The position numbers and the translations under genes were made by a program. Under the pieces are notes generated by a model. That model saw only the letters and a list, made by a program, of their open reading frames with translations. It had not been told where the DNA came from and searched no databases. From Bdellovibrionota bacterium (lineage in GTDB: Bacteria; Bdellovibrionota_C; UBA2361; JBIKWN01), in the NCBI GenBank assembly GCA_044356295.1, contig JBIKWN010000002.1, positions 32,001-96,000 on the forward strand: a DNA stretch of 64,000 nucleotides, written 5' to 3'. Shown here one piece after another: positions 40,270-50,848 of this stretch (position 1 is its first letter; the number at the start of each line of letters is the position of its first letter).

Positions 40270-41469
40270 ATGTCGAAAAATCTTTCAACACTATTTCAGA
40301 GCCGAACCCACTGTGTTGTTTGCAATAATACAAATCTAGAATCTGTTATTTCTCTTCCTCATTTTCCGCTAACTGGAATTTTTGTTGATCCTAAAGAGAG
40401 CAATAGTTATCCAACATTTGATCAAGAGCTTTTAACATGTCCCACGTGTGGACATGCGCAGCTAAAGAACGCAATTGATCCAAATTTTCTTTATAAAGAT
40501 ACCTATACCCACCGTACATCTCCGAGCCCTATCGCTCGAGCTGGCAATGATTTCTTTCACACTTTCTTACGCAAAGTTATTCAAGATAGAAAATTTGAAA
40601 CTGTCCTTGAAGTTGGTTGTAACGATCATTACCTTTTACAAAAGCTTTCGGACATCAGCAAAAATCGTATCGGTATTGATCCAATCCTATCTGCAGATGA
40701 GTTTCAACATTCTTCAGAGATCAAATCAATCGGAAAATTTGTCGAAGATATTGATTGGGAAAATGAATGTCACAGTCCCGATTTAATTCTTTCTGTTCAT
40801 ACCTTTGAACATGTACTGGAGCCACGCAAGGTATTTGAGCCACTTTTTGCAAATGCAAAAGATGGCGCCCTTTTCATTATCGAGGTTCCTGGTTTTGATT
40901 CATTGCTTAATGTAAATCGTTTTGACCAGATCTTTCACCAACATGTGAACTATTACAGCTTGGCTTCGTTTACAGCGCTTATTGATCAACTTGGTGGTAG
41001 TTACCTTACTCATGCTTTTAACTTTGACTATTGGAACGGCACTATGCTTATCGCTTTTGAAAAGAAGGCATCCCGTACAAATCATTCATTTCAAAAAATT
41101 ACTCCTGAACTCATTCAGAATGGATTTAAAAGATTTACTAAAACGCTCTCACAAACAAAAGAACAATTAGATTATCTTTATAGTAATGGTACTAAACTGT
41201 ACGGGTTTGGTGCTGCGCAAATGGTTCCTTGTCTTGCATATCACTTAAACACAGATATGAATGAGTTTGTCTGTATCTACGATGACAATCTTGAAAAAAA
41301 TGGCAAAACCTATCCTGGATTAAAAACAACTATTTCATCAACGAATGATTTTTCAACGATTAAAGAAGGAGCAGTCCTCGTAACTGCACTTGATAGTGCA
41401 AGAAAAATTATTCCTCGACTCATACAACTTCAAGCGCGTTATATTTTTCAACCCCTTCCAGTATTGTAA
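40270..41469 (+). CDS. Zn-binding NDP-sugar C-methyltransferase-like protein
   Basis: N-terminal CxxC...CxxC, EVGCND, HTFEHV, FHQHVNYYS, GFGAA. Confidence 0.75.
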   Translation: MSKNLSTLFQSRTHCVVCNNTNLESVISLPHFPLTGIFVDPKESNSYPTFDQELLTCPTCGHAQLKNAIDPNFLYKDTYTHRTSPSPIARAGNDFFHTFLRKVIQDRKFETVLEVGCNDHYLLQKLSDISKNRIGIDPILSADEFQHSSEIKSIGKFVEDIDWENECHSPDLILSVHTFEHVLEPRKVFEPLFANAKDGALFIIEVPGFDSLLNVNRFDQIFHQHVNYYSLASFTALIDQLGGSYLTHAFNFDYWNGTMLIAFEKKASRTNHSFQKITPELIQNGFKRFTKTLSQTKEQLDYLYSNGTKLYGFGAAQMVPCLAYHLNTDMNEFVCIYDDNLEKNGKTYPGLKTTISSTNDFSTIKEGAVLVTALDSARKIIPRLIQLQARYIFQPLPVL

Positions 41470-41471
41470 GC

Positions 41472-42329
41472 ATGATCAAGAAACGTGTCGCAATTTTAGG
41501 AAGCGGGAATATCGGCATGGACCTGCTCTATAAGGTGATGCGCTCTCCAATCCTAACATGTACCGCTCTTGCAGGTAGAAACTCTCAAAGTAATGGCCTT
41601 CAGTTAGCACGTTCACTCGGAATTACAACGTATGATCGAGGTATAGAATCGCTCATTGAAAATCAAAACTCATTCGACATTGCTTTTGATGCCACAAGTG
41701 CTGCTGATCACCTCATTCATTGGCCAATATTTCAACGACTCGGAAAGAAAGTTGTCGATATGACACCCTCTCGAATTGGTGAAATGATTATTCCTGCTAT
41801 AAATATCGATCAAGCTAGCAAACATCAGAACGTAAATATGGTTAGTTGTGGAGGACAAGCATCACTTCCTCTAGCCTATGCAATTGCGAAAACTCAAAAA
41901 AATATTGAGTATATAGAAGTAGTATCAAGTATTGCTTCTAAAAGCGCAGGGTTAGCAACGCGAGCAAATATAGATGAATACATTCATACAACTGAAGATG
42001 CATTACGTACCTTTACAAAATGTCCTGTCGCAAAAGCAATTTTAATTTTAAATCCTGCCCAACCCCCTATCAATATGCAAACAACGGTCAGTGCAAAACT
42101 TAAAGAACCTGACCTTACTTCTTTACAACCTGTAATAAATGATATTGTTGATTCAATAAAAAAATATGTACCTGGATACGATATGATTGTTCCTCCAGTG
42201 TATGAACAAGACCGAATTGTAGTTATGGTAAAAGTTACAGGGCTTGGTGATTATTTGCCAACATACGCTGGCAATTTAGATATTATTAATTGTGCTGCAA
42301 TTATAACTGCTGAAAAATTTGAATTATAA
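41472..42329 (+). CDS. mhpF: Acetaldehyde dehydrogenase (acylating)
   Basis: GSGNIG.DL, FDATSA..H, NVNMVSCGGQA, TRANIDEY, GDYLPTYAGNLDI. Confidence 0.9.
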   Translation: MIKKRVAILGSGNIGMDLLYKVMRSPILTCTALAGRNSQSNGLQLARSLGITTYDRGIESLIENQNSFDIAFDATSAADHLIHWPIFQRLGKKVVDMTPSRIGEMIIPAINIDQASKHQNVNMVSCGGQASLPLAYAIAKTQKNIEYIEVVSSIASKSAGLATRANIDEYIHTTEDALRTFTKCPVAKAILILNPAQPPINMQTTVSAKLKEPDLTSLQPVINDIVDSIKKYVPGYDMIVPPVYEQDRIVVMVKVTGLGDYLPTYAGNLDIINCAAIITAEKFEL

Positions 42330-43336
42330 TGAAGAAACATATTCTCATTAGTGACCCAAGCTTAAGAGACGGCAATCATGCCGTTCGACACAACCTTACA
42401 ACCAAACAGATTGCTGCTTACTGTGATGCTGCAGATCTTGCTGGTATTCCCATCATTGAAGTAGGTCATGGTAATGGATTAGGGGCATCGTCACTGCAAT
42501 TAGGGCTCAGTGTTACTGCAGATGAAGACATGATCACTGTTGCAAGAAAACACATTAAGAAATCGAAACTTGGAATATTTATGATTCCAGGGTTTGCAAC
42601 GATCAAACGTGACTTACAACCGGCTATTGAAAAGGGCATTGATGTCGTTCGAGTTGGCTCACACTGTACTGAAGCTGATACAACAAAAAATCATATAGAG
42701 TTTGCTAGAAATCAAGGTAAGGAAGTTTACGGTAATTTAATGATGTCCCATATGGCATCTCCTGACACATTGTTAACGGAAGTTTTAAAGATGCAATCAT
42801 ACGGAGCAATGGGCGTTGTACTTATGGACTCTGCAGGGGCTCTTCTTCCTGAGGAAGTCACTGCACGTATAAAAACGTTGGTTGAAGGATCGAAAATTTC
42901 TATCGGGTTTCATGCCCACAACAACTTAGGCATGGCGATTGCAAATTCAATTGCAGCTGTTTCTGCAGGTGCTACTATACTCGATGGCTGTTCGCGTGGA
43001 TTTGGAGCTGGGGCTGGCAACGCGCAACTTGAAGTGTTGGTCGCAGTGCTTGAAAAAATGGGATATCAAACTGGTATTGACCTCTATAAAGTCTTAGACC
43101 TCTCTGATCTTGCAGAAAAAACGCTTATGAAAGAGGTTCCAGCTGTGCGGCCGATTAGCATCGTTGGCGGTCTTGCAGGAGTAGTGTCTACATTTAATAA
43201 ACACGTTGAGCGCATAGCAGAACAATATAGTATTGATGCGAAAGACTTATTTTTTGAATTAGGAAAACGAAAAGTAGTTGCAGGTCAGGAAGATATTATT
43301 ATTGAAGTCGCACGAACATTAGCAATGGATCATTAA
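42329..43336 (+). CDS. dmpG: 4-hydroxy-2-oxovalerate aldolase
   Basis: SLRDGNHA, EVGHGNGLG, HCTEAD, DSAG, GFHAHNN, GAGAGN, GQED.I. Confidence 0.9.
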   Translation: MKKHILISDPSLRDGNHAVRHNLTTKQIAAYCDAADLAGIPIIEVGHGNGLGASSLQLGLSVTADEDMITVARKHIKKSKLGIFMIPGFATIKRDLQPAIEKGIDVVRVGSHCTEADTTKNHIEFARNQGKEVYGNLMMSHMASPDTLLTEVLKMQSYGAMGVVLMDSAGALLPEEVTARIKTLVEGSKISIGFHAHNNLGMAIANSIAAVSAGATILDGCSRGFGAGAGNAQLEVLVAVLEKMGYQTGIDLYKVLDLSDLAEKTLMKEVPAVRPISIVGGLAGVVSTFNKHVERIAEQYSIDAKDLFFELGKRKVVAGQEDIIIEVARTLAMDH

Positions 43337-43351
43337 GATTTTGGAGAAAAT

Positions 43352-44134
43352 ATGGAACTAGGACTAAAAGGTAAAAAAGCAATCGTTACTGGAGGTGCAA
43401 CTGGGATTGGAAAAGCAATAGCACTTGCGCTTGCCCAAGAAGGAGTGAAAGTTGCAATTACTTCTAGAAAACAAGAAACCCTTGATAAGGCACTTCAAGA
43501 ATTAGGTGGCAAAGAGCTTGGACATGCAGCATTTCAATGTAATATTACAGATGAAGATGGCCCCACTAAACTTTGTGAAAAAATTATAAGTGACTTTGGA
43601 AATCCTGATATAGTTGTTAATAACGTTGGAGATACACTTGGCGTTACCGATCCATATTGCTCTATAGCAGAATGGCGAAAGATATTTCGATTGAATGTTG
43701 AAGTTCACGTTGAAATAAATAATTTCTTTATCCCATTTATGCGTTCACAACGATGGGGTCGCATTCTTAATATTTCCGCCGGTGCCTCACTAGAAAATAG
43801 TGGGCCAGTTCCCTACTGCTCTACCAAAGCTGCATTAACCGCTTATACAAGATCGATGGGGCGAATTCTTGCTCCAGACGGAGTCGTCATGTCAGTACTC
43901 CTTCCAGGAGTTGTCATTACTGAAGATGGTCATTGGGCAAACGTTTTAAAAACCCGCCCAGAACACGCTGAAAAATATCTGAAAGAAAGATGCCCTATGG
44001 GCAGATTTGGAACTGTTGATGAGATCAGCCCAATGGCAGTATTACTATGTTCTGAACTAGCATCATTTTGCGTAGGATCAATTGTTCCAGTCGAAGGTGG
44101 ACAAGCAAAGCACTTTTTTAATTATTCAGACTGA
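43352..44134 (+). CDS. SDR family oxidoreductase
   Basis: TGGATGIG, VNNVG, WGRI, YCSTK. Confidence 0.88.
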   Translation: MELGLKGKKAIVTGGATGIGKAIALALAQEGVKVAITSRKQETLDKALQELGGKELGHAAFQCNITDEDGPTKLCEKIISDFGNPDIVVNNVGDTLGVTDPYCSIAEWRKIFRLNVEVHVEINNFFIPFMRSQRWGRILNISAGASLENSGPVPYCSTKAALTAYTRSMGRILAPDGVVMSVLLPGVVITEDGHWANVLKTRPEHAEKYLKERCPMGRFGTVDEISPMAVLLCSELASFCVGSIVPVEGGQAKHFFNYSD

Positions 44135-45906
44135 TGAAATTAACAGATTTTGTAGCACAAACACTTGGGGATCACGGCGTTAAGCATGTATTTGGACTGA
44201 CAGGTGGAGCCGTTGTTCATATTTTAGATTCCTTCTCTAAAGACCCACGAATTACAACTATCTTTCATCACCATGAACAAGCGGCTGCATTCGCTGCAGA
44301 AGCAAACGCAAAAGCTACAAATAATTTGGGAGTCTGTGCTGTAACAACAGGTCCAGGAGTTACGAATACATTAACTGGTCTCGCGGCTGCTTGGCTTGAT
44401 TCTGTCCCATGCATTTTCATTTCAGGACAAGCAAGAGTTGCTCACACAACAGTAGGTAAAAAGATTCGACAACTAGGAACACAACAGCTTGATGTTGTTC
44501 CATTGGTAAAACCGATGACAAAGTATGCAGTCATGGTTACCGTGGCCAACAATATAAAATATGAATTAACAAAAGCAATTCATATTGCAACCAGTGGTCG
44601 TCCTGGTCCGGTTTGGATTGATATCCCTCTTGATCTTCAATGGGCACAGATTGAACCAAATTTACTGACTGAATTTATTCCTGAAAAGATATCCACTTTC
44701 CCTTCAGAGGAACAAATTAATTCAGTCACAGCTCTTTTAGAAGGCGCAGCTCGTCCACTACTGGTTTTAGGAGCAGGTATCTGGAGAGCAAATGCAACTA
44801 AAATAGTGTCAGATCTTCAGTCAAAGCTTCAAATTCCTGTCGTTACTTCTTGGGGGGCTGTTGATGTAATTCCCCATTCAAATCCACTGTATCTAGGATG
44901 TCCGGGTCTTGCAGGAAATAGAGGAGCCAATCTTGCAGTTGCAAATGCTGATCTTATCCTAGCACTTGGAACTCATCTTTGTATTCCAATGACCGGGACA
45001 AGACTTGACCAGTTTGCAACCAATTCAAAAATTATCATCGTTGATATAGATCCCGATGAAACTGAAGATCGGGAATTCCCAATTGAATTAAAAATAAACT
45101 GCGATGTTGCTTCATTTCTAACAAAACTTACTCAAAAAACTATAACTACTTCAGTAGATCCAGAGTGGCTATCACTATCAAAAGAGTATAAAAAATTAAA
45201 TCTTCCTCCTGAACCTGAAAAAGAAATCATCAGCCCTTATGAGCTTGTTGAAGCTGTTTCAAATAATGCTCTTGCGGGCGATAACATTGTTGTCGATGGC
45301 GGAGGAACCAACGTCTACATCTCTTACCTCACCTTTTCAATCAAAGAAAACCAAAGGTTTATTCTTTCCACAGGACTTTGTTCAATGGGATCAGGGTTAC
45401 CTGAAGCTATTGGCGTATCGATGGGGAAAGACAGAAAAAGAACAATTGTCTTTTGTGGGGATGGCAGTTTTCAACTTAATATCCAAGAACTTCAAACGAT
45501 CAAACATCATAATCTTCCCATAAAGATTTTTATCTCAAATAACGAAGGTTATCTTTCAATTCGCCAAACACAAGGTGGTTTCCTTGAAGGTAACTATTTA
45601 GGGTCATCAAGTGTTGGTGGGCTGACACTTCCTGATTACGAAAAAGTCGTCACTGCTTACGGAATTCCTTTTATTCGAATAACTAAAAGATGCGATCTCA
45701 ATCAATCTATCCAGTATGCTATGAACCAAGAAGGTCCCTTTGTCTGTGAAATAATCACTGATCCAGATCAAGAATTAATCCCAAGACAAGGATTTGAGCA
45801 GCAAAAAGACGGTTCCTTTTCTCCCAGACCCTTAGAAGATATGGCACCTTTTATTGAAAGAGAACTGTTTGAAAAACTTATGATAGCAAAGAAAGTTCGA
45901 AAGTAA
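44134..45906 (+). CDS. Acetolactate synthase-like ThDP enzyme (YerE-like)
   Basis: HHEQAA, TTGPG.TN, SGRPGPVWIDIP, SMG, GDGSFQ.N.QEL, NNEGYLSI. Confidence 0.88.
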   Translation: MKLTDFVAQTLGDHGVKHVFGLTGGAVVHILDSFSKDPRITTIFHHHEQAAAFAAEANAKATNNLGVCAVTTGPGVTNTLTGLAAAWLDSVPCIFISGQARVAHTTVGKKIRQLGTQQLDVVPLVKPMTKYAVMVTVANNIKYELTKAIHIATSGRPGPVWIDIPLDLQWAQIEPNLLTEFIPEKISTFPSEEQINSVTALLEGAARPLLVLGAGIWRANATKIVSDLQSKLQIPVVTSWGAVDVIPHSNPLYLGCPGLAGNRGANLAVANADLILALGTHLCIPMTGTRLDQFATNSKIIIVDIDPDETEDREFPIELKINCDVASFLTKLTQKTITTSVDPEWLSLSKEYKKLNLPPEPEKEIISPYELVEAVSNNALAGDNIVVDGGGTNVYISYLTFSIKENQRFILSTGLCSMGSGLPEAIGVSMGKDRKRTIVFCGDGSFQLNIQELQTIKHHNLPIKIFISNNEGYLSIRQTQGGFLEGNYLGSSSVGGLTLPDYEKVVTAYGIPFIRITKRCDLNQSIQYAMNQEGPFVCEIITDPDQELIPRQGFEQQKDGSFSPRPLEDMAPFIERELFEKLMIAKKVRK

Positions 45907-45909
45907 TGT

Positions 45910-46623
45910 ATGGCAGAAATAAATTTAGTTGATAGATATCCTACTTCAAAGCGTCCTATCGATGCTCGTGGAAGAATGAAACTTAACAATGGCGCTCGAA
46001 TTGAGCGTGCAAACTTTGATTCACGTGATGTTATTTTTGAACAAAAATTACTTTCAGCTGTTCGCTCTTTTGGATGGGAATATTTCGATGGTGATCGCCT
46101 CTATGGATATGGGGGCTATAATTATGACCCTAAGTATTGGCAGGGCACTGTAAAGCGCCTCTATGACCACTATCAATTAAATAATCAATCTAAAATCCTT
46201 GATGTTGGATGTGCAAAAGGTTTTTTACTCTATGACTTTGTTACACTTCATCCTGGTATCACCGTTAAAGGGCTCGATATTTCAGAGTATGCAATCTCTA
46301 ATGCAAAAAACGGGATAAAAGATCATTTATGTATTGGTAACGCCTCTTCACTACCCTTTCCTGATAATTCATTTGATTTAGTTGTTTCAATTAATACGGT
46401 ACACAGCCTAGAACGTGAAGCCTGCATTAAAGCAATCAAAGAGATTCAACGTGTTTCAAAGAAAAATGCATTTATAGTTGTAAATGCCTGGAGAAACGAT
46501 CTAGAAAAAGAAAAACTTCTAAAATGGAATATTGCAGCGCAAACGTATATGCACGTCGATGAATGGAAGCAGCTTTTCCAGGATATTGGATATACAGGTG
46601 ATTATTACTGGTTCTTCCCTTAA
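45910..46623 (+). CDS. Class I SAM-dependent methyltransferase (paralog of 54606-55271)
   Basis: EYFDGDR..GYGGY, LDVGCAKGF, GLDIS.YA, LPFPDNSFDLV. Confidence 0.88.
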   Translation: MAEINLVDRYPTSKRPIDARGRMKLNNGARIERANFDSRDVIFEQKLLSAVRSFGWEYFDGDRLYGYGGYNYDPKYWQGTVKRLYDHYQLNNQSKILDVGCAKGFLLYDFVTLHPGITVKGLDISEYAISNAKNGIKDHLCIGNASSLPFPDNSFDLVVSINTVHSLEREACIKAIKEIQRVSKKNAFIVVNAWRNDLEKEKLLKWNIAAQTYMHVDEWKQLFQDIGYTGDYYWFFP

Positions 46624-46742
46624 TAACTACCTGTAATTACTGACTAAATCCCATCTAGCCTCTTTGTAAGAAAGAAGAAAATTTCACTTACGCTAAAGCA
46701 TCTTACTTAAGTAAGCAGAATCTCTGGCATTTCGTAAATAGT

Positions 46743-48143
46743 ATGTTCAATATAGAAACTGAAGCTTGGGATGCTACTCCTGAAGCTGTTCGCAATATCA
46801 TTATTAAAATAGCCGAGGAGCTCTCTGCTACGTATCACGTACTAGCGAGCGAGCGCGAAAATCAATCAAAAATAATTGAGGCGCAAATTGCTGAAAATAG
46901 CCACATGATTACTCAATTAAATGAGCAAATCGACATACTCAGGCAACAACATAATGAAGTACATATCTTTACATCAAAGCTTTCATCCGCTATCAAAAGG
47001 CACCGCTTCAACAATACAAAAAAAGAAAAACAAATTGTACTTGTCTCCGATAATCCAACGGCACGACTTGCAAAAATTGCTTATGGATTAACGCAAGCAG
47101 ATTGGGATGTAATATTACTTCATAAAAATAAACTTGAATTTGATAAATCTTTCTTCTCAACAATCTATCAGTATTCATCTGCAGAAGAGGCAGTGACACT
47201 TGCGGCACTTTTTAATCCAGTCACCTATCACGTTTTTTCAAGTTGGAGCTATGAAACAGCGATTCAGTTAATAGATGCCAACGTTGGTAAAATTACCTTT
47301 GATAACTATGATCAGTTTGGTGGCATGATGCTTCCGAAATGGAAGGACAATGAGTACTACATAAAATTAATAGATCAAGAAAAGTATTGCCTGGAAAATG
47401 CCACAGGCATTTGTAATAGAGCTTTGAGCCTTCAGCTAGCAAAAAAAGAATTACATTATAAAATAACAAAGAAACAGATATTTTTCCCTGACTACTGCTG
47501 GGATAAATCATTTGATTTAAAACCGAAACGAACTGACGGAATACATCTAGTCTTTCCGGGTACTTTTCCGATAGAGCAGTTCAATGCAAGCCCAAGTCTA
47601 GGTATTTTTGATAAAGAATTTATTGAGAGTCTTTCAGCTTGTAATATCCACTATCACCTCTATCCACCAATTAGCATGTACGGTGATGAAGAAGGTTTTA
47701 AAGCACGATATAAAGATTTTATTGAACTCAGCGAAGTTAATCCTTTTTTTCATATCCACCAATTTGTACCACCTGAAGAGCTCATATCAGAGATATCCCA
47801 ATATCACGTTGGTATATCATCACATTCAACACTCGCATTTCAAATAGGCGATAGCACCTATAATCCATCTGCAATGAAGTATTTCTGCGCAAATAAGGCT
47901 TTCGACTTTCTTGATGCAGGATTGGATGTAATCTTTGGAGCCTCTAAGTTGATGGAGTGGCTTCTGAAAAGAAATGTACATTGTCAGGGAGCTTTTTCAA
48001 ACGAGATTGCAATCCTACTTAAAAATAAGAGTATGAATGATTATACAGGGGATGACTTTAATACAAGAATATCTGAGGGTAGAAAGAAACTATCAGTGAA
48101 GAGAAATATCCCAAGACTAATTTCATTTTACGAATCTCTTTAG
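46743..48143 (+). CDS. GT-B-like hypothetical protein, copy 1 of 3
   Basis: RLAKIAYGL, FDNYDQFGG, EKYC.ENA, ELISEISQY, NKAFDFLDAGL; N-terminal coiled coil. Confidence 0.6.
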   Translation: MFNIETEAWDATPEAVRNIIIKIAEELSATYHVLASERENQSKIIEAQIAENSHMITQLNEQIDILRQQHNEVHIFTSKLSSAIKRHRFNNTKKEKQIVLVSDNPTARLAKIAYGLTQADWDVILLHKNKLEFDKSFFSTIYQYSSAEEAVTLAALFNPVTYHVFSSWSYETAIQLIDANVGKITFDNYDQFGGMMLPKWKDNEYYIKLIDQEKYCLENATGICNRALSLQLAKKELHYKITKKQIFFPDYCWDKSFDLKPKRTDGIHLVFPGTFPIEQFNASPSLGIFDKEFIESLSACNIHYHLYPPISMYGDEEGFKARYKDFIELSEVNPFFHIHQFVPPEELISEISQYHVGISSHSTLAFQIGDSTYNPSAMKYFCANKAFDFLDAGLDVIFGASKLMEWLLKRNVHCQGAFSNEIAILLKNKSMNDYTGDDFNTRISEGRKKLSVKRNIPRLISFYESL

Positions 48144-48185
48144 AGTTTTGAATTATTATCTAGTATTCTTTCCAACAGAAAGGAA

Positions 48186-48243
48186 ATGTGTCCTTACATA
48201 AATCTTCTCGATCAATACCCACGCTCTAAAGCCCTATTGAAGA
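48186..48243 (+). pseudogene. 5' fragment of a methyltransferase paralog
   Basis: Reads INLLDQYPRSK(frameshift)PIE versus intact INLLDLYPRSKRPIE at 54606. Confidence 0.65.
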
Positions 48244-48292
48244 TTTTTGGGTTGTTTTAAATGAAATCATTCGATGCTCCTTTCCTAGTATA

Positions 48293-48375
48293 GAATTTCA
48301 TTGGCGTTTTTATTTTTTCCTACTCTTTCCTCGTTCAAGTATTTGAATTCATTGGAGTTTTTATTTTTCATACTC
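48293..48375 (+). repeat. Imperfect tandem repeat of about 32 bp resembling an IS91/ISCR oriIS end
   Basis: GAATTTCATTGGCGTTTTTATTTTTTCCTACTC / GAATTCATTGGAGTTTTTATTTTTCATACTC. Confidence 0.45.
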
Positions 48376-48486
48376 GTTATAGTAACTTTTAATTTGACGC
48401 ATACTGCAGAGGGTATTTCTTATTGCTCTTTGCTCCCTATTGATTCCATGATAAATCCTAATATCTATTATATTTAGTGAGACTTT

Positions 48487-49464
48487 GTGCAAGAATTTCA
48501 CCCTCAACTTCTATCCAATCAACATCAAATTTTAAGTAATGTGATTCCTGATGCCGTAATTGCAGATTGGCGCAACAAAGCGGACGCTGCATACGAATCA
48601 CTCTATGAGGATTATTTTAGTTCGAATTCCAAAGAGGCCTATTATTACAATAATTTTGGTCATACCTCTCCAATTGCACGCCTTGGAGCATGGCGAATGT
48701 TTGGTTCTACGATGTTCCGAGAATTGAAAAAAAACTTTTTAACCCCTTTTGGAGTGTCAAGCGAGCAATATTATTTTATGCCGCTTTTTTATCTACGATT
48801 TACTTTTCCTGAATTGTATGACAGCAGTCCAAATCATAAAAATGCTTTTCTTTGTTCACAACCTCATTATGATCGAGCATTTGGAATTCATGCCCGTACC
48901 TTTTGGGTTCCATTGATGGATGTGAGTGAAGCAACTGGTGGCATCTGTTTCTTCTACGATGAAGCAACAATCGAGATATTCTCTCCACAAAATGGAAAAA
49001 ATGCTTACAATTACACGAAGTATCTTGAGCACTATAATAACTTAGATCCAATATTGTCTCCTGAGTGCCAAGCACCACTTTTTCCTCTTGGTTCGGTTGC
49101 GACATTTAACTCGAATATTCTTCATGGCGCAAAAAAAGCAATTGGAGCATGGCGACGATCATTCGATTTTCGTATTTTTGACAGACCACAGTTCGAAAAA
49201 CTTGATGCACGCGTTAAAAAAATAGTCCGGTTGGTTAATTTAGATCCAGATATTTTAACAATTTTAAGTTTGGCATATTTTTGTGATGATGCTGGTGTTG
49301 AACGTGCATTGGCAGTAAAAGCAAAAAATGAAAGTTCTATATTAATTGAAAAAGCGCTCACTAAAATTCGTTCAGTACGCCCACTTTTTGATATCTGTAA
49401 CCCTTCCTCATTGATTCCATATCAATCCGAATATGAATGGGTCGATGCGGTTATAGAACCATAA
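48487..49464 (+). CDS. Fe(II)/2-oxoglutarate dioxygenase-like protein (PhyH-like)
   Basis: PHYD (HxD), FWVPL, G.ICF, FNSNILHG, RRSFDFR. Confidence 0.7.
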   Translation: MQEFHPQLLSNQHQILSNVIPDAVIADWRNKADAAYESLYEDYFSSNSKEAYYYNNFGHTSPIARLGAWRMFGSTMFRELKKNFLTPFGVSSEQYYFMPLFYLRFTFPELYDSSPNHKNAFLCSQPHYDRAFGIHARTFWVPLMDVSEATGGICFFYDEATIEIFSPQNGKNAYNYTKYLEHYNNLDPILSPECQAPLFPLGSVATFNSNILHGAKKAIGAWRRSFDFRIFDRPQFEKLDARVKKIVRLVNLDPDILTILSLAYFCDDAGVERALAVKAKNESSILIEKALTKIRSVRPLFDICNPSSLIPYQSEYEWVDAVIEP

Positions 49465-49473
49465 GGGCCTACA

Positions 49474-50478
49474 ATGAAAGTATTTACCCCACTTGGATAC
49501 ACTCTTTCAGAAGAGCAGAAGAATGACTGGATTGCACAGACTGATAAATTGACAGAGGCGTTCTTACAAATACACCCGGTGCACTATCGATTTTTGTTTC
49601 GAACTGAAGAATACCGAAAGTTTATCATTACCGACCGAGGAGATATTTCTACCTTTGTAACGCCGATGTGGCTTGAACATTATCACCAAGCCGAGAAATA
49701 TTTTTTATCTGAACAATATGACCTTTTCAATGATTCAGCGCTTCAATATGCATTTTTTCTTACCGCTGGAGGAGCCTGGTTAAATCAGGAAATTTCTTTT
49801 CTGGAATCACGTTGGCCACAAGAAGTTTTGAAATTATTTTTGCGAGAAGATCCTTTTTTTATTCCTCGCATCTCTTCATCATATTATCAGACATCAGAAA
49901 CGCTCGTGAACCATCTGACTCATCTAACGGTGTTTTCAGAAGCATGTCAAAAACCGATTCAACAATGGGGTACTACCGTTGAATTTGGAGGCGGGTATGG
50001 AAGTATGGCAAGGTTGTTATCACGTATTCAGGGTGGCGCTCCACGAACTCATATAATTATCGATCTACCAGTTTTTCTTTTTATTCAAGATTGCTATCTT
50101 AAAAACTGTCTAGATGGGTCCTCAGTTAATTTATGTGGAATAGACAGCGAAGAAATCATTCCTGGTAAAATTAATCTAGTATCGATTGCAGATACCAAGA
50201 CGCTCCAACGTATAAAAGAACATAATCCCTTTATGTTTATAGCTACTTGGAGCTTAAGTGAGGCAAATCAAGCTTCCGTTAAACGAATGCACGAGCTAGA
50301 TTACTTCGAATCCAAATTTATTAGTTTTGGGTATCGCCATTATGAAACAATGAATCCTCGACAACCTATGTCACACGCATTAACTGTTCCTCAGTGCTAT
50401 GAGACTATATGTAAGACGCCAGCTTTTTATGCCGGTGCGGCAGAACACTATTATTGGGTCAATGAACGAAAAGCATAA
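49474..50478 (+). CDS. Putative sugar O-methyltransferase
   Basis: VEFGGGYGSMARL, IIDLP, FIATWSLSE. Confidence 0.7.
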   Translation: MKVFTPLGYTLSEEQKNDWIAQTDKLTEAFLQIHPVHYRFLFRTEEYRKFIITDRGDISTFVTPMWLEHYHQAEKYFLSEQYDLFNDSALQYAFFLTAGGAWLNQEISFLESRWPQEVLKLFLREDPFFIPRISSSYYQTSETLVNHLTHLTVFSEACQKPIQQWGTTVEFGGGYGSMARLLSRIQGGAPRTHIIIDLPVFLFIQDCYLKNCLDGSSVNLCGIDSEEIIPGKINLVSIADTKTLQRIKEHNPFMFIATWSLSEANQASVKRMHELDYFESKFISFGYRHYETMNPRQPMSHALTVPQCYETICKTPAFYAGAAEHYYWVNERKA

Positions 50479-50848
50479 TCGTAAGAAAAAACTGGTACAT
50501 GCTGATAGCCCTTAAGTTTTTTTACTGCTTTGCGAAATCATTAGATATAAGTTCCATATACTAACGAATAGTATTTCATATTATATTTGTAAAAAGTTCT
50601 TTTCTTTTTTCGTCATATTCATTTAAACATCCGATCACTTCATCTTTTGGTTTTGCTTTTCGACACTGCAATGCTTGCGTTATGCTTTCTCTCCATATAA
50701 ATGACTTGAGCAACACATGTATTGGTGACGATTGGGCCATATACGCACGTGCAAAAGTATCCACTGGAAGTATGATATTGGAGATTTGTGACTACTTCTG
50801 GAATAGTTTCTATAAGAGGTAGTGAACGAAAAAAGAATGTTTTCAAGC

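Noticed and set aside
41472..43336. Aromatic meta-cleavage operon
   Set aside because: No ring-cleavage dioxygenase, hydrolase or hydratase is nearby; the genes are coupled to sugar genes.
48293..48375. Mini CRISPR array
   Set aside because: Only two imperfect units with a 19-bp gap, and no cas genes in the window.
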